64,000 nucleotides of DNA from Schmidtea nova (taxonomy: Eukaryota), in NCBI GenBank assembly GCA_044892505.1, contig CM097884.1, positions 95,976,001 through 96,040,000 on the forward strand. The letters are read 5' to 3'. Each line of letters starts with the position of its first letter. The first letter of the stretch is position 1. The notes beneath the pieces were generated by a model. It did not search any database. It was not told where the DNA came from and saw only the letters and a program-made list of their open reading frames with translations. Both the position numbers and the translations under genes were made by a program. Positions 54,777 through 64,000 of this stretch are shown one piece after another.

Positions 54777-56224
54777 CCCTTTGGCAGACAACGACGTGTT
54801 TATTGCGTCATGTGGTGGTTTTTTGTAGGACATGACGTGATATCACGTCAATATTTGCAAACGCAATAAAGCCATGACATCATGTCATTGACATGATATA
54901 ATGTCTTTGTTTTTATATGTTTACTTAGGAATTCAACATATTGTGTGTCCCATTAGAAGACATATAAGCAAAATGTGTGTCCCGTCAGAAATATTTATAA
55001 AGTATATTGTTTAACGTGAACATGTTTGGTCGTGAAATTCTTTGATATCACCATGACGTGATATGCCATCACAGATCCATATGAAAATTATTAATTATGC
55101 GACAAGTGTTCAACAAATAACATATTTTTGTGTTAGTCGTGAAAAACGTATTTTTAATTATTTTTATGTTTAAATTGATTTTATTTAAATTTATAAATAT
55201 CTAATATAATATAGATATAAATAAAAAATAACTAATTTACATTTATGAATAATAAAAAATTATAGAAATGGACCAATATGAAAAACAGAGACAAAATTTT
55301 AAAACTTTTTGAGGATGTTGGTGATGATTTGGATGAATCTGATATATCTGAAGCTGATGCATTCAGCGCAGGAAGTGAAGTGGACCCAAATTATGTACCG
55401 GAAGAAACTTCTGATGAAGATGATGATGATGAAAATATTCAAAATGGTGGAGCCGTTGTCCTTGATGTAGTTGTCATTCCAAATTTTAATTTTGACCATA
55501 CAACTGCAGGAATTCAGATACCAATTGAAGATAATGCCACACCGGTAGAAATATTCGAAAAGTAAATTACATCACAAATATTGTCAATGTTGGTACATTC
55601 AACTAATGAGTACGGGTCAAAAATATGCAAGACAGATAAACCTAAGTTAAGATATTCGAGAATGGCTGTTTTAACCCAGTTGATACTATTGAAATGAAGA
55701 AATTTTTTTGTCTATGTTTTCTACAAGGCCAAATCAAAACACAGAAGATTAGACATTTATTTTCATCAAATCCATTATACCATCATCCAATTTTTTCAAA
55801 AACAATACCTGGAAGGTGGTTTGAGCATATTCTGCGTTGTTTCAATATATTTCTGAATGGGGAGAAATATAAATGTAAAAATACCAACAAATTATTAAAT
55901 ATGTTGTGTCAGAACTTCAGAAAGATTAATAGTCCTGGTGAATGTTTGACTTTGGATGAATTCTTATTATTGTTCAAAGGTCGTCTTCGTTTTGAACAAT
56001 ATATACCATGCAAACAAGAACGATATGAAATTAAATTTTTTGAACTTTGTGATCTTAATGAATATGTTTATAGTATTGAAATGTATCAAGGAAGGTTTGT
56101 AGAAATTGACAACTCACAAAATGTTTCTTTATTTAAAATATATAGTATTGTTATGAAATTAATGAGCAATTTGTTACACAAAGGACATATATTATTTATG
56201 GATAATTTCTACAATAGTTTTTGA
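54777..56224 (+). mobile_element. piggyBac transposon, 3'-truncated and degenerate
   Basis: TTAA then CCCTTTGGC left end; acidic N-terminus; TLDEFLLLFKGRLRFEQYIP and FMDNFYNS (PGBD4-like); right TIR not found. Confidence 0.85.
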
Positions 56225-56240
56225 TATTGAAGGTATATTA

Positions 56241-56813
56241 TTGTTATATATAATTATTATTTACTTAAATTTTTTAGAAATTTTATACCATATAGACTAT
56301 TCTGAATCATGGAGTCAAATGACATTTCATGCATTAACTTGGGTGAAAACACCACACAGCGAATATATAAAGGATCTAATCAAGGGTCCACATATGCAAA
56401 TAATGCTAGACGACTTGGAGGTACTAGTAGACAGCGATCGCCCTACTTCGACGATGAGCCTATTTGTTATAAAGGAAGCGAATACAATATTCCTTCCCCA
56501 ATGCTTTAAGATGTTTTGCCCTCTTTGCGAGATCATAATGTTGTTAACCGAATATGTGTTCCTGCAATATTATGTTCGAAATCTGCACCCAGATGTACAA
56601 AAGAACGACGCATTGATGTTGGCGGCGATAATAACTCGATTACAATACACACTGATCAGGGGTCCGAAAAGAATAACGAAATTAGAAAACTTGATAGAAT
56701 CGGCCAAAGAAAATTTAACAGTTTTGCATTTCAAGTGTCTAAAAGAAAGTTTCTTGAACTGGAAGAACAGCTACTCACACTGGCTAAAGACACTAAATGA
56801 AGCAGATTCTTGA
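56241..56813 (+). CDS. ORF of unknown function overlapping the Rep N-terminal frame
   Basis: 190 stop-free codons in a frame different from Rep; its first ~12 codons lie in an intron-like GT...AG segment (about 56233-56276). Confidence 0.4.
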   Translation: MLYIIIIYLNFLEILYHIDYSESWSQMTFHALTWVKTPHSEYIKDLIKGPHMQIMLDDLEVLVDSDRPTSTMSLFVIKEANTIFLPQCFKMFCPLCEIIMLLTEYVFLQYYVRNLHPDVQKNDALMLAAIITRLQYTLIRGPKRITKLENLIESAKENLTVLHFKCLKESFLNWKNSYSHWLKTLNEADS

Positions 56814-57672
56814 TCGGACAGGAAAAAAAGGGTGCAGGTGGATTTGAACATAAGCAAATGTATTGGGAGGTAAGAAATTTTTAAATTGTAATTGTTTATT
56901 TCAATTTGAAAATTTAATTACAGATTTACAACAACATGTCCGTATTTGCCTTTAGGGAGAAGACTCACCTACCCTACATACGAGGAATATCTGGCGTTGA
57001 CAGACCTGCCACTCTTGCATACGCAACCAAATCAGAGACCAGAGTTCCCGGAGGAATCGCCATCCGAATAGGTAAGCCCAGTAAGTTTGGTTCTACTTCT
57101 AAAAACAGTTGTAATTTTAAAAGAGCTCTTGAAGCTCCAATAATGTCTGATGCGATAAAAATACTAGAAACTAGCGAATCTTTCCATTTTATCACTAAGC
57201 GCAAAACAATAATGGAGTCGCTAATACACCATTTCGGTGAATTTTCAAAGGAATTTATCGATTTACTCGATTGGAGGAGTCATATATTTGTTGGTTCAAG
57301 TGGGATTGGAAAGACAAATTTTGCTCTTCCACATTTTAAGAAGCCTGTACATGTAAAGCATCTACAAATGTTAAATATAATAACTTCCAATCGTGAACAA
57401 TGTGATGGTGAAGTATTCAATGATCTTTATTTTAATAAGGCTAGAATCGAAGAATTTTTATCGCTAATCGATTGAACTTATGAAAATGCGGTTAACATAG
57501 AGTATTCTGTTGCGATTGTATCAAAAGGCCTTCCCAGAAATTTTTGTGTTAATAATATTGATTTGTTTTATCCGGAAAACGTTACCAGTACTGTTATGGA
57601 AGCTATTAAACGATGTATAAACATACATAAATTTCATGGACAGAGTTTTAAATCATTTTTATCTGAAAAAGT
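56309..57672 (+). pseudogene. rep: CRESS-DNA-virus-like Rep (HUH endonuclease plus SF3 helicase), 3 in-frame stops, one 54-nt intron
   Basis: Motif I-like FAFQV (56723); motif II GQEK..GGFEHKQMY (56849); motif III YATKSETR (57020); Walker A GSSGIGKT; Walker B VFND; motif C FCVN; intron 56870-56923 GTAAGA...TTACAG. Confidence 0.8.
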
Positions 57673-57959
57673 ATAAAAGAAATATATTACTAATAATAAT
57701 ATATTTTTATTTAGACAATGAAGCCTCCGTACCAGAAGAAGAATTGGAGCAAAAAAGCAAATGTCAATTTATTAGTATTAGATGTGAAAAATGTAATAAG
57801 ATTAATCGGTTATTCATAGGAGTTTTGTAAAAATTAATTTTAGTAAAAAATAAAATAGTATTATTTATTTGAAATATTTATGAATTACACTAAAAGATCA
57901 TATTTAACATCGTTTAATATCTTTACATTACCAAATATATCCAAAGTACTATTAAACAC

Positions 57960-58530
57960 GTAAGGATTTTCACATTTGACATATAAACTGCGATTCCTTA
58001 ATGGCTGTTGATGTTCACTAGCGTATTTCTATATCGGATGATTGTTAGAAATTATACATTGAACACTTGGCAGATTTGCCTTTGAATTATTTTTACGAGA
58101 TACTCTTAAAAAGATATTTCCTTCACACATGAGTTTTATTAAATTAACATTTTTATAATCACAATATATTTCTTCTACTATTATCATCTGTTTAGCTACT
58201 AAATCATCAAAACAGAATTCACTTTGACATTGAGCACCTGTAAAAAATCCATGAGTCCAGTCGCCTCAACATATTGCTGTAAATAGATACTTTCCCGCAT
58301 TGCTACATCCTTCTAAAATAATGGTTTTGGTCTTTCCTGCTTGAGAAGTGAGTATCATATATATATCCCAAGCATACGACGTATATAGCTTTTATCTTTC
58401 TCATTAATATAGATACCATAATTAGAAATAATTCCATCAATTTATCGAGCGTGATCAAAGTTAAAATGAAAATCGTTAACGCGAACAAAATTCTCCATAA
58501 AATTTGATAATTCATTGTATAATAATAAAT
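57960..58530 (-). pseudogene. Parvovirus/densovirus NS1-like SF3 helicase relic
   Basis: KTKTIILEGCSNAGK; EFCFDDLVAKQMIIVEE (compare parvoviral NFPFNDCVDKMVIWWEE); IISNNHPI; LRNRS; multiple frameshifts. Confidence 0.7.
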
Positions 58531-58997
58531 CATTCATCTACAAATAATTAACTAAGTAATGTTTTGATGACTCATTTATAATATTTTTATATAAAGTAAA
58601 GTAACCTAACTGTAGAGACTTGACAAAGTTACTTTACTTTAATTAAATATGTTTAATCCCACGAAGTCTGTTACGAGGGGTGGGCTTTGAATTTAGACTT
58701 GGGGGGTAAGGGGGGACACCTACAGTTCAAGTACTATGCTCGATGTGAGCGGATCTATACGTAGTGCGCAAAACGATTTTACAGAAAATTTTAGAAACTC
58801 AACCAGTTCTAAGAAGCAACGTGCGAATAAGCTGTACCAATGGAACTCAAATACAAAGTCACGGTAAAATTTTGTTGTAAGTATAAAGTGGTGCTGAAAC
58901 TGTCAACCAATTTTCTGAAATAAATAATATATTTCCAAATATTTACATAGGATTACGACATATGAAAAGAAATGGTATTGTTATTAATCTTGTTCAC

Positions 58998-60380
58998 CAG
59001 CGGTCCTTAAACATTTTACTTCACGGACCACCGAATAAAGTTTCGATTAAACAAAAACTAAAATATTTATTTGATTCAATTTAAATAAAAAAAATTGATC
59101 TTTTTAAGAAAATATAAGTATATAAATTAAATCTATTTAATAATATAATGCTACTGATCTCTTAAATATAGTTTCACATTTCTAGAGTTATAATTAATAA
59201 CATGATTATAATAATAATGATTATTTAATGAGATGTCAATTTATTAATATCAGGTAAAATGCTTGATAATTGAATTCGAGATTCTGTTTCTACATTTAAT
59301 AATCTATTTCTATATTTATTTTTTAAATATACTAGTGCTGAAAATGCTTTTTCATATAAATATGTAGAAGGAAACGGCATTAAAATTTGTAATGCAATTT
59401 CTGATAAATAAGGATGATCTATACGTAAAGCCAGAAATTGGCAGTAGTATTTTCATTAAATTTAATTTTCAATGAATTATCATTAGAAATGACTATTAGT
59501 GAGTTTTTCTTGAACTGATATTAAACCATATTTTATCAATGTTGGTGTTAAATGGATATTTATTCCACAATTTCGTGCAATCTGGAATTGGAAAATATTC
59601 ACGAAAAGTCCATTGCATATCCTTCAGATGTTGGATGATGCATCAGATAAATTTTCATTGGGTGTATTAAGGAAAGGGTTCCAGAATTATACAGCAAAAC
59701 TTGAATCATCAAATTCCCAAAACTCAAAATCTGTTCCAAATTTAATTGAGAGACATCCGAATAAACCAAAGCAAAATTCCAGAATAATTCGATATAACCC
59801 AAAATTCGATTGCCAAAGATATCACTCCTTCCCACTAAGCCAAATTCAAAATACCACGAAAATTCAATTTCGAAATTGGATTGAACAAACAAAACCAGAT
59901 TTTAGAACAATCAATTCCAAAATCAAGAATTAATTCATATCACCTCCAAATTCCATATCAAACAATACACTGCGCACACAGACGCGAGACCACAATGAAA
60001 TTCAATGCGCATACAGACGCATACAAGACCACACATATTGCACACAAACAGCTGAAAACAATCAAATTTCGCACACAGACGCATCCGACATAAATGATAA
60101 AAATAATAAGGCGCACACATCGGCCGAAATAAGTGGTATGGATCAAACTGTGGCAAAATAATATGTCTCTAAATTTTGTGTTAGAAATCATACCTAACGG
60201 AACATGATAACCACGACTTATTATTACAGTCTGTACTTTTATCTAACTGTAAACTGTAATATTGGGATTTTAGAATTCGGTCTATTAATTGGTTTTTTAT
60301 TTTACCAGAAATGTAATCAATTCGTTTTTTTGTATTATTAGATAAAGCCACTAAATTTAATTCTTTTGCAGCATTTTCCC
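58998..60380 (-). mobile_element. Buster-type hAT relic interrupted by an unclassified repeat (about 59600-60180)
   Basis: LSNNTKKRI...YYSLQLDKSTD at 60200-60350; LSEIALQILMPFPSTYLYEKAFSAL at 59330-59420; TIR-like CAGCGGTCCTTAAAC near 58998. Confidence 0.7.
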
Positions 60381-60480
60381 CCGAGTGTCCCAACATTAAA
60401 TCGGAGACTCTCTCGGGCTCTTAAATAATTTCCTCTCATACACAAAAATACAAAAGAAATAACATTTTTTAACGAAAGTA
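60370..60480 (-). repeat. Repeat family A copy 4 (partial)
   Basis: CCCGAGTGTC...GACTCTCTCGGGCTC hairpin at 60380-60420. Confidence 0.55.
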
Positions 60481-61309
60481 ACCATACATAAATCGACAAA
60501 AAAAAACATAACAGTATAGAAATACATTTTATCTCGGAAACGTCCAACAGACTTTAAACTAAATTGTACAGCATTATTATGGCCTGCGTGCGAAAAACAA
60601 TGCTAAAACATTACGGAAATGCAGGTTATTGTGCCACAGACAGTGACTCTGACAGATGCCAGAGTATTTTATTCTGAGTGAAATTGTTGACGAGAGAGGT
60701 TTAAAGTGACATGTAAATGTGCCAAATTGTTTTTTATTGTAAATAAACAATATGGCGAAATGATAACTGATTGTTGGTGATTGTTAGACAAAAGTGGAAA
60801 AACTTACATGTTAGAAGCAAATTAGATTATATTGAAGGTGATTTCAACATTGATGTAGAGCGTGATAAAAAACAACACATAATGTTGGCAAAGCAAATAA
60901 ATAAAGAAGCTAAACCCGTTGAAAAAATATTAGAAAATTAAAAGAACGACGTTGATACAACGTATTCTTCATAAGAAAGATAGGCTTTTTTAAAAAAATC
61001 GGTAAATCATTTGATGAAAAACATATAGCCTTTAAACCCGGACGTATTCTAAAAGGTATTGAAGTAGAAAAAGGAAACTAGTTGAAATAGATGCTGGAAT
61101 CACGAATAATATTGCCTAGTAGATTGCAGTGGAATTTTCCAGTTCTAGGGGTAAAAAATAAAAATGGAGATATAAGAATACGCATTGATTACTGAGCGTT
61201 AAATACAAAAACAACTAGACTATTTGGGATATGTGCAGCATCCACGTCATTTCAGAACATTGTGACAATTTTTTTGCAAAATGATAACTGGAAGTCTTGT
61301 ATAATCCAT

Positions 61310-62045
61310 GGTGAGGGTTAGAATAGTCGAATATGGAAGCCAAAAAAATAGTCGCCAAAGAAAAAAAGCTTTAATTGGTTAAAATCGTCGCCAATGTTGA
61401 AACCCGAAAAAATTGTCGAAACTGTAGTACAAAAAAATAGCCGACAATATCGAATCCTAAAATAGTCGAAAAATTAGGGGCCAAAAATAATACAATTTTT
61501 TTAGAAGGGTTTTAGTTAACTGGGAGATAGCATTAATTATTACTGTAATAGGTAGTAAATATTCTAAATGTATTTATAATTAAACTACCGGGGGGAGTTT
61601 TTTTTGTCAAAAATTAGTGTTATGAACTCAGACCGTTGTTTAAATGCCACACAAATAATAATTTTCCAATTACAAATACAAAACTTTGTGAGGGTTAGAA
61701 TAGTCGAATATGGAAGCCAAAAAAATAGTCGCCAAATTAATAAACATAATTAAAACAGGACAGAATGAATATTAATTAATACTATATATATATATATATA
61801 CTATAATTAATGAAATTATTTACATAATGTGAAAAAACATAAAGTTATTTATTTTATTAACTTATTCCCAAAATTTATTTGAATTAAATTGTCGACGATT
61901 TTTTTGGGATTCTTATATCAAGTCATCGACTAATTTTTTGGCATTTGTTGGATGTCGGTTATTCTTTTGGGTTTGCAGTCGGCTAATTTTTCGCGATCTG
62001 TCGACTCTTTTTTGACTTCCATATTCGACTATTCTGACTTTTACC
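61310..62045. mobile_element. Non-autonomous TIR DNA element with ATAGTCG-like subterminal repeats
   Basis: ~40-bp imperfect TIR GG..AGAATAGTCGAATATGGAAG; internal direct copy near 61690; TSD-like TAATCCAT / TAGTCCAT. Confidence 0.7.
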
Positions 62046-62059
62046 TAGTCCATCTAGAT

Positions 62060-62110
62060 CAGAGGTTCTCAACCAGGAGTACGCATGTTAAAAAAGGTTG
62101 AGAACCCCTG
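62060..62110. mobile_element. 51-bp minimal hAT (Buster-type) element
   Basis: 15-bp TIR CAGAGGTTCTCAACC / GGTTGAGAACCCCTG; 8-bp TSD ATCTAGAT (62052-62059, 62111-62118). Confidence 0.9.
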
Positions 62111-62129
62111 ATCTAGATGATGTTTTGAT

Positions 62130-62900
62130 ATTTGAAAATCGTTAGAATATAATCAAAGCATCAATCATTTTATCTAAAATAAAGGAAGCAGGTTTGCGCC
62201 GGATAAATGCATTTTTATCAAAAAAATAAAGTACTTGGGTAATATTATTAGAGTTGCTGATATTAAAGTAGACCCGGGCAAAATTCTGTCAATAAGAAAA
62301 ATCAAAATTCTTAAATATATTCAGGAGTTACAAACGTTTCTTGGAATGTGCACATATTACAGACAGTTTATCAAAGATTATGCTAAATATGCGCAACCAC
62401 TATAAAAGATGTTGAGAATAGAAAACTAGTTTGTATGGAATACATAAAATGAAGAGGAAAAATTATTCTGAGTTTACCAGTGAAGATTTTTTTCAATGTA
62501 GATACTTCTTACGATTGCATTGGAGTAGTACTCTCTGAAATTTAAAATGGAAAAGAAAAAAATAATACTGTATGACTCAAAATGAATGGAAAAAGTCCAA
62601 TGCAAATATTGCATAAATCAAAAATAACTATTGATTATCTATACAATTCGTCTAAAATACAAACATTTTCTTTTGGTAGAAAATTTGTCGTTCGAACTGA
62701 TCATCAAGCATTAAAGTGGTTTTTAAACTGGGAATCTCCAAATACTTCACAATTGTGTTTTTGGAAATCAGAATAAGAAGTTTATGACTTTGAAATTCAA
62801 TACCGAATAGGAAACGAACATCTAAACACAAATGGACTGTAGAGACTACCATAATGTGAATAATGTCAATTATTGCACTTTAAACCACAAAAGAAGAGTA
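62130..62900 (+). pseudogene. Old Gypsy pol relic (RT thumb and RNase H)
   Basis: QTFLGMCTYYRQFIKDYAKYAQPL; GRKFVVRTDHQALKWF; YDFEIQYR; many disruptions. Confidence 0.85.
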
Positions 62901-64000
62901 ATGTAAAAATCTACAATGAATCATATTCAAGATCCTAGTCAAATTCAGACAGCCTTGCGTACATTGATGAAGTAGGGAATTAAAAGATTTGGAGAAATAG
63001 ATAAAATAATATAATATCTGAAGTGATAGGAAAACACACATAGTTTAGGACAGAACTGGTTTTTCGAATTAAAACACCTTTGGATGTAAATTACACATTC
63101 GCTGATTTATTTCAATAGCAGCGGAAGTTAGATATGAAGGAAATCCAAATAAAGCTTTTAGAAAACATCCAAAGCAATCAAGAGATTCAAAAGTTAATTT
63201 ATGATAAAGGAAGAATATATGATGAGATTAAAATCGGTGATTTGATATTGATTCGTAGAGAATATAATGTTGGGTTATAAAATCCGTAAAAATAGGATTA
63301 AATATTAAATATAAAAAATAATAAAAAGGTAAGTAGGAAATAAAAGAATTTTAATCAACAAAAGAAAAATAAAATGATAAATAAAATAAAAATGAATGAA
63401 TGGAAATATGAAATATATAATTAATGAGAATTCAAAAGAACAATTATCTACAAGAACCCTTCGAATTAAAAATTAGATGAAAAATAAAAACAAATTTATA
63501 ATAATTCAGAAAAATTATTGGACGAATAAGAAAACGAAAGAAAATAATTGGCCGAAAACTTAAATTTTAATTGGATGAATTTTTTCAATTCATCCAATCA
63601 GTTACGTGGACAAGTGAACGCTGATTGGCTGAAAAAATAGTATAAAAGGAATAGCCAATTTTTTTTCAAACTAACTTTTTTTCTTTTACGTTAACACTAT
63701 TTAATTAACTTTAACTCCTTTACGAGTCCGTAATTGTGAAGCAAAAGACCTTTGTAGTAGAAAAACTTTGTATCTGTGCTGAAAATATACATTGTAACAA
63801 GTAATTTTGTTTATTTTAATTATTGTTATTTCATGCAATCTTGGGAAATTTTTATTGCGAAAAATTATTGTTCATCAAAGATAATGTTAGCTAAATGTTT
63901 CTTTGGGCTGATGATCTTCGGTGGCTCGAATCATTGGTTCCGTAGAGGTGGAAAGGAGAGCTTAAGCTATAAGTAAAGTAGTAAACTAAATTTATGGGGT

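Noticed and set aside
38492-57475. Alternative genetic code (TGA read as Trp) to explain several in-frame TGAs
   Set aside because: Trp is encoded by TGG throughout, one TGA lies at an expected Gly, and the disrupted relics also contain TAA/TAG stops.
60700-61200. LINE endonuclease relic (GDFNID-like)
   Set aside because: Only a single short motif, with no supporting frame.
63540-63720. LTR promoter with CCAAT/TATA boxes belonging to the 62-kb Gypsy relic
   Set aside because: Plausible, but no partner LTR, PPT or TSD could be identified in the window.

Overview
This is an AT-rich eukaryotic (probably invertebrate) draft scaffold with four N-gaps, made almost entirely of nested transposons and endogenous viral elements. 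The host-gene traces I can support are one clean SDR exon and a truncated proteasome alpha-6 pseudogene. The main feature is a very young 15.7-kb Ty3/Gypsy-type LTR element on the minus strand (34156-49835): 868-bp LTRs differing at 2 sites by eye, CTAC TSD, tRNA-Trp-like PBS and a PPT. Its main coding region is one 3362-codon reading frame broken only by two in-frame TGAs. The domain order is Gag with 4 zinc knuckles, two ubiquitin-like domains, a Bcl-2-like domain, a chuvirus-type (class III-like) fusion glycoprotein, PR-RT-RNaseH-IN, and a second type-I membrane glycoprotein. A separate ISG20/REX4-like DEDDh exonuclease ORF follows. The env therefore lies between gag and pol, and the element carries virus-like accessory cargo. 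A second notable locus (56.2-58.5 kb) holds a degenerate CRESS-virus-like Rep with a GT-AG intron and an overlapping ORF, facing a parvovirus NS1-like helicase relic, directly after a truncated piggyBac. Two more Rep-helicase relics lie at 28.5 and 29.5 kb. The remainder is hAT (Buster, BED, ZMYM-like), pogo/Tigger, piggyBac, MITEs, probable solo LTRs and microsatellites. All protein-family calls come from reading motifs by eye; no database searches were run, and coordinates of degenerate relics are approximate.
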